A stretch of DNA of 64,000 bases from a virus (lineage: Duplodnaviria > Caudoviricetes). Each line of letters opens with the position of its first letter. Position 1 is the first letter of the stretch. Positions 1 to 11,400 of this stretch are shown here, one piece after another. The notes below the pieces were generated by a model. It had not been told where the DNA came from. It searched no databases and worked only from the letters and a program-made list of their open reading frames with translations. Made by a program: the position numbers and the translations under genes. The stretch covers positions 162,012 to 226,011 of the IMG/VR virus record IMGVR_UViG_3300044719_000253, one strand, 5' to 3'.

Positions 1-87
1 GTACCCCGTACGTACCGGTAGCTGGTGGTAACCGTTACACGCCACCGTGTGTGAATGCTGAATGCCAACAAAATTTGCGCGCTTGGG
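1..87 (-). CDS. Exon 2 (partial, runs off the window) of the virion RNAP beta subunit
   Basis: Manual translation from 87 down gives PKRANFVGIQHSHTVACNGYHQLPVRTGY. This continues the exon 1 ...SDRDD and parallels bacterial beta EHDDANRALMGSNMQRQ...PLVGTG. Confidence 0.9.
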
Positions 88-453
88 CCTTTGGTCTTCA
101 GGTAGGTCGTTAAGCTACCCCGCACCATTACGTGCCTAGCTCCAGAGTTTTCCTCTGGACGTTGAGACTATATCTTCACCCTCTCCCATGGAGGTGGGGT
201 GCTTCCCATTTCGAGGCCACTTGGTCCCCTATGGACATTTGTCCTAGTCGTTGAAGTTTATCCGTGGCCGCGTTGCGGCTTTAGGATCTTACCTGCTAAA
301 GAGAGTCTTCGACTCTACGGTTCCGCAATCCGCTCCGTTTTCAAACCATCACGAATGATCTTTCGATCTGCGTTGTGGTGGAGCAGCTCTCAGTCGGTTC
401 CAGCAGTTAGAGAAGATTCAGTTAAGCATTCCGGCTTAACTGGACCCCAGTTG
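88..453 (-). ncRNA. Group I self-splicing intron (366 nt, IA-like, no homing endonuclease ORF)
   Basis: Minus strand carries P (AACUGCUGGAA), Q (UUUAGCAGG), R (UUCAACGACUA) and S (AAGAUAUAGUC). P7 is GACUA/UAGUC and P3 is CUUCUC/GGGAAG, with a 9-bp P2. The IGS UGGGGUC pairs with exon 1 GAU (U.G at the splice site) and exon 2 CCCA (P10). Terminal G at 88. Removal restores the frame. Confidence 0.93.
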
Positions 454-3400
454 ATCATCCCGGTCAGAACCGGGAGCGAGCAATACAGCAGTTGACAGCA
501 GCGGTGCGCTACCCATCGTTTCTTTGTTATAGCGGCGTGTCACCCCGCGCAGCGACGTGAACTGCGGGTCGGCGCTGGTGTAGGTGTTAATCGCCACATC
601 CGAACTGTCGACGGTGTCGGTCGAAATCAAACCCATGTCGTTCTTGTGGTACGTCCGGGTTTCTTTCGTCATGGTGCGGCTATTGCGACCACCGGTGCCG
701 TTATACGTCACCGCTTCCTGTTCCTTCAGATTCTGGATCGGGTTGATCTCATTGGTCTGGGCTTTGGAAGCATCGGTCTGAATCGCCGTAAACACCGCAA
801 ACGGGTCCATGTTCAGTGGTGAACGCGATTTACCGGCACTGGCGTTGTGACGACGAATCGCCGTGACCATTTCCGAGTACACTGCTCCGGCCATCCGCTC
901 ATAACCCCGCAAGCGCATGTAGGCACCATCGAATTCATCCGGATGGTCATCGCGCACCAGCATGGTGCCGGCTCGGATCAACAATGCGCGCATGTCGGTG
1001 GGTTCATTCATCTCCACCAGAATATCGTGCGTGATCGGGTCGATGAACATTTGGTAGAACAAGTCCATCTCACGGATGTAACGTACCCCCAATCCATCGG
1101 CTTCCAGCACGTTCAGGTACACCTCTTTGTTATTAAACAGGTGTACATTGTAACGGCGGATGTGACGGTGGTATTCGTTAAAGCCACCCAAGAACAGTCC
1201 GGTGAGGTGATCGTTCTTATCAAAGATGATGGTCTCATCGTTGAACATCACCGGCTCTTCATTTAGACCCAGATCGAGACGGGTCCCTGCTGGGACACGG
1301 CGTACCTTGGACTTGAGCAGCGCCAGCATCGGTTCCAACCCCATCTCGTAGGCCAGAATCACCCCGACCGGAATCGATGCACCGCCGAGTTTCATCACCG
1401 CCACATCGACTGGCGCTTTCCGCCGATCCAACCCCACCAGTTCCTCAAACGACGGGAATTGGTACACGGCTGGTTCCCCCGTACGGCTGGGGCCGACGAT
1501 CGCCACGGTCGAGGATTTACCGATCAACACATAGTGCGTGCCCATGGTCGACTTACCAGCAATGATGGCGCCGTTCTGTTCGTACTTGGCCAGCGCCTCT
1601 TTGCCAAACAGCTCTTCCCGTTTGGTGTGATCGAACGACATGTTGAATGTCAGTTGACCGAGATCACGCGGATAAGCTTGTGGTGTCAGGGTAAAGCTGT
1701 TGAAGGCCGACGCGATCACCGAATACACCCGCGGCACGCTGACTTCGCTGTCCGACATATCGCCGGTGTGACCGTTGGTGATGGTTGGATCGGCATCGTC
1801 CAGCATCTTGGCCATCAGCCCGTTGGTCAACCACATGGCGTAGTTGTTGACTTTCTTTTCACTGCGACGGATGAAGGCTTTGCCGTAATAGCTCGTGAGT
1901 GCCACGGTATCCGGAGCGGTTTTACGGATCGGCAGATCGATCCGCTGTTTGCGCAGTGAGTACGACACGCCGTTGGCCAGGTACGTGCCATCTTCGCCCA
2001 CTACCGGCAGTTTGAAGCGCACAGTCGAAGCCGTACCATCCGTCGGCAACAGACGCACCGTGTAGATGTTGTACGCCCCCATCAGGTCTTCCACTGGCTC
2101 CACGTGATACTCAGTAACGCCATATCCGGCTTGGGCGAAACACATCACCATCGAGGCCACATCGCGTTGCATCACTTCGCTGGTATAACGCCGATCGAAA
2201 TCGAGCAGTGAGGACTTCAGCATCGACTTGTCCGGCACCGTAGGGATATCCGGAATCGCCGTGGATTCATTGACTTTGAGCGTCTCCGGAGGAATCGTGA
2301 TGTATTCCGCCACCGTCATCTTCGGATCGGGGGAAGGCATGGTCTTGTAAGCACTCGCCACCCGTTCGTAGTTACGATACTGCGCCGCCGTAATCGCCCC
2401 CGACAACATCCGGGCCTTGGCCACGCGCAACAGAGCTTCATCATGCGGTAAGCGCTTCAGGGGCGGGATCTCGGCTTCCACCAGTTGCGGGGTGTCGATC
2501 GCGGCTTGACGCTTTTCCAGCAGACTTTGTTCGGTCGCGGTATCGTCTACCGGCTCTGGCGTCAAAACCTTTTCCATCTCGGCCAATTCGGCATTGATGG
2601 TTTCGTCCAACTTCTCATCCACATGCACCGTATCGGCCGTGTCATCCGGTTTATCGTCCACTGGGCTACCCAGTTCTGCCTTCAGGGTCGCCGTCGGGAC
2701 CTTAGCGATACCCGTGGTCGGATCCACCACCGCCGGACCATTGCCGACCTTGGTGACGCTGGCCAATTCTTTCTTGAGGTCTTCCCGATCGTCCGCATCG
2801 AAAACTTGTTTCTCATGGGCATCGAGCTGATCGACTGGCGCTGCCGAGCGCAGCTGCGTGACCGACATGAAGAAACGCAGAATACGATTCTGGAAACGCG
2901 GGGGGTCGATCAGGTTCGGTTTGACGACTTCGTTCGGGAATAGTTCATCTTGGGTCGGTTTGCGCCAGGCGTCCAACATCCCGAGATTGACCGTGGTCCA
3001 TTGTCCTGATTCCAGGAACACCAGGTTAATCCGCGACAGGTATTGGCGCGGCACTAAACCCAACATGGATTGTTTGCGGTTAGCGCCGAACCATTTCCAC
3101 ACTTCGCCCAAGAACAGATGTTCATTGGAGAAGAACATGCGCATCAGACGCTGCACTGGTTTGCGGGGATCCATCGCTTCGTACTGTTGCAAGATCGAGC
3201 GCGGTGGCAAGACTTGCGGCAGATGCATCACCACAAATTGCGGCCGGTCCGTGATTTGGGCCAGACGGGCGATCTCGGTCCATTGGGTGCGTTCGATGTT
3301 GTACCATTCCAGATACTGGTTCATCGGGCCACGCGGGTAACGCACCAGGTGCGGCAGCATGCCGTAGTTATACACCAGCAGGCTGCTGGCGTCCGCCAAC

Positions 3401-3783
3401 ACTCGATCATCGACCGCATTACGGAAACGGCGATAGTGTTGGTGGTACTGCCGAATCACCGTGCCCGGTTGCACTGCTTGTTTGGTGGGTGTACCCAGAA
3501 TCCCCGGAGCCATGTTCAACACGTGATGCACCCAGATGTTGCGGGCCTGGGCTTTTTGCAAGACCTTGTCATCTTTCATGATGGCGGCTGAAAAGCCTTG
3601 CAACACCACATCCGAATCCGACGGACCGTACGCGGTTGGGCTCAAGTGAGCCATGTGCACAATGGCGCGCCGGGGCAGTTGAAACCGTTCCAGACGCCCG
3701 AACTTCGGCGTCATCAGTTGTTCAACGCGGCGCAAGCCATAGGTGCGATAAAAGACATTAAAATCGAGCAGCATAAAGCTCAA
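454..3783 (-). CDS. Virion RNA polymerase beta subunit, exon 1 (phiKZ gp178-like)
   Basis: 1110 codons up to DRDD. Beta-like motifs LRKQRID, LTSYYGK, NPIQNLKEQEAVTYNGTGGR and GLISTDTVDSSDVAIN. Adjacent to the beta-prime gene and tape measure as in phiKZ gp178-181. The ORF-track end at 436 is inside the intron. Confidence 0.88.
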
Positions 3784-5399
3784 TCTCCAGTGAGGTTATG
3801 GAGCACCAGTTCCACGGTGTGCACCGAGGTGCTGGAAATAAAACGACCATCGGTCCCGACATACGCGCGGCGTTTGGTGAAGTACTCTGCCACTTCGGCA
3901 CGGGCTTCGTCCGAGTACGCGATATTACAGTTCATCATGTCGCCATCGAAGTCACCACCGAGTTTCGCCAGGCGAGTCGGGTGTGGGGACATTGACTTCA
4001 TGTACGGACCCGGAATCGGGAATTCCAAGGCGATATGGCTATCGTCCATCGGGGCCCAGTTACGGTCCAATTCACGGCGCCGTTCCGCCACCGTGGTGGT
4101 ACGGACATACAGATTGGTGGGATAAATCGACCCCACCCCCGTGATCGGATAACGGGCGACGGAGGCCGGGTAAGTATTCCAGACACGGTAACCCGACAGA
4201 TAGATCAATTCGCAGAACGTGAGCGGATACACGTCTTCGCGTTTCCGGCTGGGCGGCAACTCATCGATGTCATTGAAAATCTTGAAGGTGCCATCCGGGC
4301 CTTTATAAATCAAGCCCAAATAATGCCCTTCGATTTCCATCGGCAGATCCCGCAATGACTCTTCCCGGAATGCATTGATGACTTTCTCCAACCCTTCGTT
4401 GGTTTGGAAGCGATCGTAGTATTCGTTCTTGAGCGGAATGGCTTTGCGCTTGAGGGTCTTCTTGTCGACCAGATACGCTGGTTGGCTGATATCCGGGAAC
4501 ACTTCTTTGAGCCAGCCATGCTTGAGTTGATACAGGGTGATGGGCAACATTCCTTTGATCAGTTGAAATAAACCCACCGCGGTGTCATTAAAGCCCGCAC
4601 TACCGTGCTCACCCAAATATTGGGTTTCCACAGGTAGGGCGGTGATCACGTTACCGGTGCCGTTCATCACACGACGGCTGGCCCATTTTCCTTGGATCAG
4701 TTTGTTCTTACCGTAGATCAGCCGTTCAAACAGTTCGTAGATTTGCACGAACGTAGTTTGCAGCTTAAAGCGTGCCCGGTCGATCAGTTCCGGATTGGAG
4801 CGAATCGCGATATCCGACAAGGTGTTGGCCACCGCCAGCAGTTGACGGTACATCGGGTTGATCTCGTCTTCGCGAGGACGACCATCGGCACCGATCTCGA
4901 CATCGCGTAAACCCGCTGGCAACACCAGCACTTTACTGGTCATGGCCACGGCTTTGTACTTCTCGATCAAACGAATCGCCAGATCCCGTTTGTCCGAATT
5001 GGTTTTCGAAAAATCGATTTGGTCCCAATACTGACTGAAGTAATGGTAACCGGTTTCGCCATTGACCGCGTCTGAACGTTCGAAATCCTTTTTCTCCGGA
5101 TTCCACAACGCGTATTCGTTGCCGGACATAATCCCGCCATACAGGCGCTTGAGCGAAATCAGGGTATTATAAATGATCGGGTGAAATACCCCGACTTTGA
5201 TATCGATGTAGGCATAGCGGCGGCACCGCACATCGTCACCGACCCGACCGAAGATTCGAGTCGAGAATAACCCCTCAGGATGAAAGTTGTGGGTGATACC
5301 ATCGTACATCGCCAACGAGGTAATGGGAAACAGCCCTGCCAGCTTGGCAGGAGTTAACGCCAAAATCTGGACGTTGAAGGGGACCATCGATTTTTGCAT
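3780..5399 (-). CDS. Virion RNA polymerase beta-prime subunit with catalytic motif (phiKZ gp180-like)
   Basis: Catalytic LGGDFDGD motif, EGLFSTRIFG and VLVLPAGLRD. 4-bp overlap with the beta gene. Confidence 0.92.
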   Translation of the reverse strand: MQKSMVPFNVQILALTPAKLAGLFPITSLAMYDGITHNFHPEGLFSTRIFGRVGDDVRCRRYAYIDIKVGVFHPIIYNTLISLKRLYGGIMSGNEYALWNPEKKDFERSDAVNGETGYHYFSQYWDQIDFSKTNSDKRDLAIRLIEKYKAVAMTSKVLVLPAGLRDVEIGADGRPREDEINPMYRQLLAVANTLSDIAIRSNPELIDRARFKLQTTFVQIYELFERLIYGKNKLIQGKWASRRVMNGTGNVITALPVETQYLGEHGSAGFNDTAVGLFQLIKGMLPITLYQLKHGWLKEVFPDISQPAYLVDKKTLKRKAIPLKNEYYDRFQTNEGLEKVINAFREESLRDLPMEIEGHYLGLIYKGPDGTFKIFNDIDELPPSRKREDVYPLTFCELIYLSGYRVWNTYPASVARYPITGVGSIYPTNLYVRTTTVAERRRELDRNWAPMDDSHIALEFPIPGPYMKSMSPHPTRLAKLGGDFDGDMMNCNIAYSDEARAEVAEYFTKRRAYVGTDGRFISSTSVHTVELVLHNLTGD

Positions 5400-5469
5400 A
5401 AGGAATCCCGGAAAGCTAAAAGTATGACACCTCGGGTAGAGGATAGACTATATACAGGAGTAGAACGGT

Positions 5470-8400
5470 ATGGCCAAGCAATCGAATAACGAAAGGCTGG
5501 ACCTGGATTCGTACGACTTCGGGGATGAATTCAATTTTGATGAGTTCAGTCTGGAACCAAAGCCGGTCAAAACCAAACGAGAAGCCATTGAGCGTATTGG
5601 CGAAGGGGTCTGGGAAGGTACCAAAGATACGGTAAAATCACCGAGTTTCTTCCGTGAATTTATCAAGAAAGCCTTGCCACGTGGCTATGGTGACATGGTC
5701 GATTTGCTCGACCAAGGGGCCTCGTCCGTCCGTGAGCTATACAATGAAGGCGAAAAGGAAGCCAAGCCTTTGCTCCGTGATGTGAGCCGCGCCATCGATA
5801 AAATGATGCCGGCCAGCAGTAAATATCTGCCGAAGTCAGCGGAGAAGCTACTGAAGGATTTTGCCGACCGTAACCGCGAGCAAACCCAAGCTGGGGTCGG
5901 TGCCAACAGTGCGACTGATCTGGCCGTGGCTGCGATGCTGGCCGACACCTTCCGTTACGGTGCCAAAGAAGATACCCGCCGGGAAGCCAAACAAGACGCC
6001 CGCGAAACTATCCGCGACGCAGTCGAGAATGACCGCTTCAATTCGAACATCGCTCAACTTGACGGAATCCGTAAGTCGGTGGTGTCGATGGCGGCGTACC
6101 AGCGTCGGGTCGAATTCGGTTACCACAAGAAATCGCTGGAACTGCAAGCGCGGCAATACTTCGTCAACGTTGAGATGCTCAACGAGATGAAGCGCAGTAA
6201 TCTGCGCACCGGGGAAATGCTCTCGGGGATCTTGCACAACACCGCATTGCCGGATGTGGTTAAACTCAAGACCAGCGAAAAGTTCAAAGACATGCTGCGC
6301 AACAAGCTGATGGCAGGCTTGCAAGACGGTATCTTTGGGCAGCGGAATAACTTCGTCCAGAATCTGGGTAAAGCCTTTCGGGAACAAGCGCTGGGGAGTT
6401 TGCAGCACTTCATCGGTGGCGCTCGCGACGGCATTACTGGCGCTGAGATGGCATCCGATTCGATGGCCATGGCTCAAGACATGGGGATGGATAAGTTCCG
6501 CATGGCGGGGAATGTGGTGGGCGGGGAAGGTGCCAAGTGGCTGGGGAAACTGGCTGCAACCCGTCTGGGGAAACGCATCTCGGAATCGACCAGCCGGCAC
6601 ACCCAATCGCTGCGTCGCTTTGGCAACCGTCTGCAGCACGGCGTGGAGAATGCACCGCAGATTGCGACCGATTGGTCGAATACCGCCAGCGATGCTTCAT
6701 CGTCGATCGACCAGTTTCTGGAAAACCGGTTCGGCGAACGGCTGTCGGATAACAAGCGCCGCTTCTTGAGTAACCTCTTGGGTGGGGTTGGTGATCCGCT
6801 GATGGACTTGGCCAAAGGAACGATCCGTCGGACCAACAGCCGCGCGACCCAAGTTAAAGAAGGTGGGGTGGGGGATCTGTACACGCCTGCAGTCTTTAAC
6901 AACCAAGCCCACAAGTCGCTGGTCGAAGTGATCCCGGGGTATTTGGCTCGCATCTATCAAGAATTGCAAATCCAACGCACGGGCGATACGTCGATCGACC
7001 TGGCCCAGTATGACTACGCCAGCGGGCGATTCTCAACCACCCGGGCAGTGCGCCAAGCCACCTTCCATCGGTTGTTTGATGAGTCGTCGCGTAATGGCGT
7101 GAAATACGAACGCGAGCGGTTGCTGGAGTTGGTCGATCCACGCGGTGAACTCACGCCGGAACAACGCAAAGAATTGGCGGATCGCTTGATGCAGGATAAC
7201 CTGCGTGGACGGGCCGGCTATGAAACCGGGCGGATCAGTAACTACACCCGGGCTGGCAGCTTCGGTGAATCGCGCCATGGCGACAAATTCGCGGAACTCT
7301 TTAAACGCCTGGCAGAGAAAGACAAAACCACGGAAGGTGCCACCAACGTCGACTTCGCGGCGCGTTTCCGTGGCGTGGGACGTTCGGCAGCCAATCGTGA
7401 GAATGAGATCCAGCAACTGTTGGAAGTTTATCCACGTGATCTGCTCGAAGACATGGGGTTGTTAAAGCCAGGTTCAAGCCAAATCGACACGGCCAAGATC
7501 AATGCCTATTTCGGTGGTGACGTGTATACCGCCAACGGCGTGCCCGGTTTGGCAGGTGCCGGTCGACGTCGAATTCGTCAGGGCGGTGCGAATACCCGTC
7601 TGACCCACGCTGAATCCGCGCCGATCACTTCCATGGCGGATGAAGTCAAGCGTTTGATTGAAATCATCGAACTGCAGAACACCAAACCTCTGGTCTCAGA
7701 TATCAAAGAGATCTTGCTGGCGATGCAAGCGGATCTGCATCACCCGGGAGGTGCGGGTCCATCGACCCTGGATCGCGTCATCGATGGAGTGGGCTCGGCT
7801 ACCCGCGCAACCGCACAAGCCGCGCAGCGCACTGGACGTCAGTTCATGAACCAGAATCAGCGTCGTGTTGCGGCGCTGGTCGAACAAGCCAAACGCCGCG
7901 CACGCCGTGCCCAACGTCGGGCGACCGTCGGCGCAGGGCGTTTGCAACAACGCTATCAACCACAACTCGATGCTGTGCGCGATATGTGGGATCATCGTGA
8001 TGAAGGGTTGAGTCACCTCGGCGGGATGTTGCGTAATCGTTGGGACCAATGGCGCGGGTATGCTGAAGAGGCTTATGACCATTTGCACGGCGATGAGTTC
8101 CGTGACCAAGTGCGTCAAGCCCGTACCCGGGCTGGCAACGCCATGCGCAATGCGCAGACCCAAGCCCGGGGTGTGGGTGAGCAGCTGTTACGGAATGTCC
8201 AAGGTCAAAGCGAAGCATTGCGACAAGCGGCTGCCGCAGGTCGAGAAAAGAATGTTTTCACGGAGATCAAAGAGATTCTGCTGGCCATCCGCGACCGCCT
8301 GGAAGATGGGATCATCACCACGGGTGGGGTTCCGCCTGAAGGCGTCCTGCGTCGTGCCGGTGGCGCCACCCGTCGTGGGTTGTCGCGTCTGAACATGCGC

Positions 8401-11400
8401 TTGACCGATTTGGTCAAAGGAGGTTTCGGTCTGGTATCCGGTACCGCTCGTCTGGGTGGTCGGGTGGTCAATGGGTTGGTCGGCGGCAGTGCCCGACTGG
8501 GTTGGGGACTGGCCAAGGGTACTGCTGGTCTGGCGGGTGACGCGGTGGGGTTTGCCGTGTCGTCACAATACCGCCGCGCCCGTGGCTTCGTGGATATCTA
8601 CGTGGGCAATGAACGCAAGCCGCGTTTGTATGGTCGCATGCTGCAAGAAGGCAATGTCTATTTTGACAAAGAGTCGGGTAAACCGATCCGCCGTCTGAAA
8701 GACATTGTCGGCGATGTGGTGCGTCATACGGCCGAGGGTGAGCAACTCATTATGTCCGCCGAGGAAATCGAGCACGCCTGGCAAAAGATCGGTCCGGTCA
8801 AGAAAACCTTGAAGGCACTCGGGGTGACCGCTAAATCCGCCTACGGCATCGGCAAGAAGATTTTCGGCGTGGCCATGGATGGCGTACCACCGGTATTCCG
8901 GATGGCCATGTGGGGTGCCAAGAAAGCCTGGGGTCTGCTCGACATGGCCCAAGACATCTTCGTGCGTGATCGTCTCGATAGTCCAGCGATGACAGCAAGG
9001 CTGATGCGGGCCGGGTCGTACTACTCGGCCACTTCCTGGAAAGTCATCAAACGGCCTTCGCAAATCGATGGCCCGGTGTTGATTGGTGAAGGGGATCAAG
9101 CTGAAACTGTGCTGACCCACGATGATCTGCGCAAAGGGTTGGTGGACAAGAACGGCAAAACCATCCGCACCGGTTTGTCGAAACTGCTCTTTACGGCCAC
9201 TGCCGGGATTCGCAAGGTGACTGGGTTGGCATGGCGGGTGGGCAAGCAAGTCAATGCGGCTGCCGTCGGACTGGTGAAGAACGGGATCAAGCTGGGCAAA
9301 GCCGCGGTGAAAACTGGGGTGAATACCATCGGCGGGGCCTTTGATCTGCTGCGCGGTAAAAACCCATTTGCTCAAAAGACTTCGACTGAAGTGTTGGCGG
9401 CTTCCGCCCACATTCAGCTGGAGCAAAACTCGTTCTTGAAAGAGATTCGAGATTTGCTGCGCGAGCGTTTGCCCAAGCCGAAGGAACACAGCGACTGGGA
9501 CAGCAACGGGGATGGAATCCGTGACGGTAGTTACGAAGACCAGTTGCGCCAGAAAGCTGAAGCGGAAGGCGCACAGGCACCTATGGCTAAAGGACCCGGC
9601 GTTGGTGCGCGAATCAAGAATGGGGCTAAAGCCTTGTGGGGTAAGCTACGCGGTAAGAAAGATGAGGACGGTGAGGAAGGCGGTGACATCAACGTGACGG
9701 CGGGTGGCGGAAATACTGGGGAAACTCGGGATGAACGCCGCAAGCGCCGCATGGCCCGTCGCCCTGGCGGTAGCTGGGCGACCTCGAAAGGCTGGAAAGG
9801 TAAGGGTAAGTTCTTGCTGGGCAAGGCCGGTGGATTGCTGAAGGGTGTTGGTAAATTCGGCCTGGGTTTACTCGGTCTGGGTGAACTCGGTTTGGGCGGG
9901 GTATTGGCCGGCGCTGGCGGCATGTTGGCCAGTGGCGCTGCTGCGGTTGGAGGTGCCTTGGCCACAGCTGGTACAGCCATCGCGGGGGTATTGTCAGCAC
10001 CAGTGTTGCTGGGTGCCGCTGCGGTGGCCGGGGTAGCCGCTGGGGCGTATTTCGGGTATAAGTACTTGACCCGCAAAAAGCTCGGGTTGCTCTCGCGTGT
10101 TCGTTACGTGCAGTATGGTTTCGCACCACAAGACACTGACCACCTGGCAGCAGTCTTTGGGTTGGAAGACAAACTCAAAGACGCCATCATCTACGGCAAA
10201 GACGAAGCCAAACTCGATCCGAAGCGTTGTGATCCGATGACGCTCTTCAAAGACTTCGATGTCAGCCAAGACGACAAGACGGCCATGGAGAATTGGATCC
10301 ACTGGTTTAGTGTACGCTTCAAACCCATCTTCTTGACCCATGCAGCAGGCCTCAAAGCCGTGGCGGGGGACAAATGGCTGAGTGATGTGGACGGTCTGGA
10401 ACCTGCTGTGGCGTTGCAATACTTGAACGCGGTGCGTTGTCCGGATGGTGCTTATAACGACGGCACTTCACCATTCAAAGATCTCGATACCCTGAAGATG
10501 GGGGCTGGGGATGTGCAAGCGATCATCCAGCTGGCCGAGCGTGAACTCAAACGCAAAGCGCCCGATGCGCAAGCAGCGGGTGTGGTGGCAGCCGGCGCTG
10601 TCGGTGCCACTGCCGTAGCAAAAGCGGGTGAGGTCGCCGTGGGCTCAACCACCCCAGGTGGGGTCTCGGCTAAAGCCTTGGCGCAAGCGGGTTTGGCGAC
10701 CTCCGTCCAACCAGCCAAAGGTGCGCAAGTCATGGCTTCGGGCTCGTCGGTGGTGTTGGAATCGCTCGGCGTCAACAAACTCGATGGCGTGGACGTGGTG
10801 CGGTTTAAGGCGTATGGCTTGGTGAAGATGGAACTCGATAAGGTGCGCGCCCTGCAAGCCTTGGAGAAAGCCTTGACACCCAAGCTGTCCTACGTCAAAA
10901 ACGTCGCGACATGGTCGGGCTCGGTCGAGCAACAAGTGCTGGTGTCGGGAGCGGCTTTTGGGGTGGATACCTCGAACGATGCCATGACGGCCAATTGGAT
11001 CAGCTGGTTTAACCAACGGTTCTTGCCGGTCTTCTTGAACTACGCCAGCTTGATGAAGGCCCAGACTGGTAAGGATGATCCGGTGGAAGGCAAGAGCTTA
11101 CTGAAAGCCGCGCAGGCGGTTGATGTGGCCACGGCTTTGTACACCACCAGCACCAACGGTGGCAGCATCTGGAACGTCAGTGTCTCGCCCTGGGAAGGGT
11201 ATGCGCTGAATACCGATGTGCGCTCGACAGATGGCAATCTGCAAGGCTTGAAGGACATGGCCAAAGCAGTGATCCTGACGGAGCCCGGCGGTAAAGGGGC
11301 GAACCAACCGACGGCAGGCAAGAGTACGGCCAACAGCCAAACCACGCCAGCAGTAACACCGTCGACGGGGGTCTGGGGTAGCATCAAAGACTTCTGGAAA

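Noticed and set aside
436-453. Beta subunit ending at QLGSS-stop, or stop readthrough/frameshift
   Set aside because: Intron removal restores the conserved motif in frame, which is a simpler and better-supported explanation.
199-495. 98-aa plus-strand ORF
   Set aside because: It is antisense to the structured group I intron and has no RBS or protein-like features.
5400-5469. phiKZ-type late promoter TATG upstream of structural genes (also near 32490 and 41366)
   Set aside because: A 4-nt motif cannot be distinguished from chance without TSS data.
8560-11060. Internal duplications in the tape measure protein
   Set aside because: These are expected features of gp181-like proteins and not unusual.
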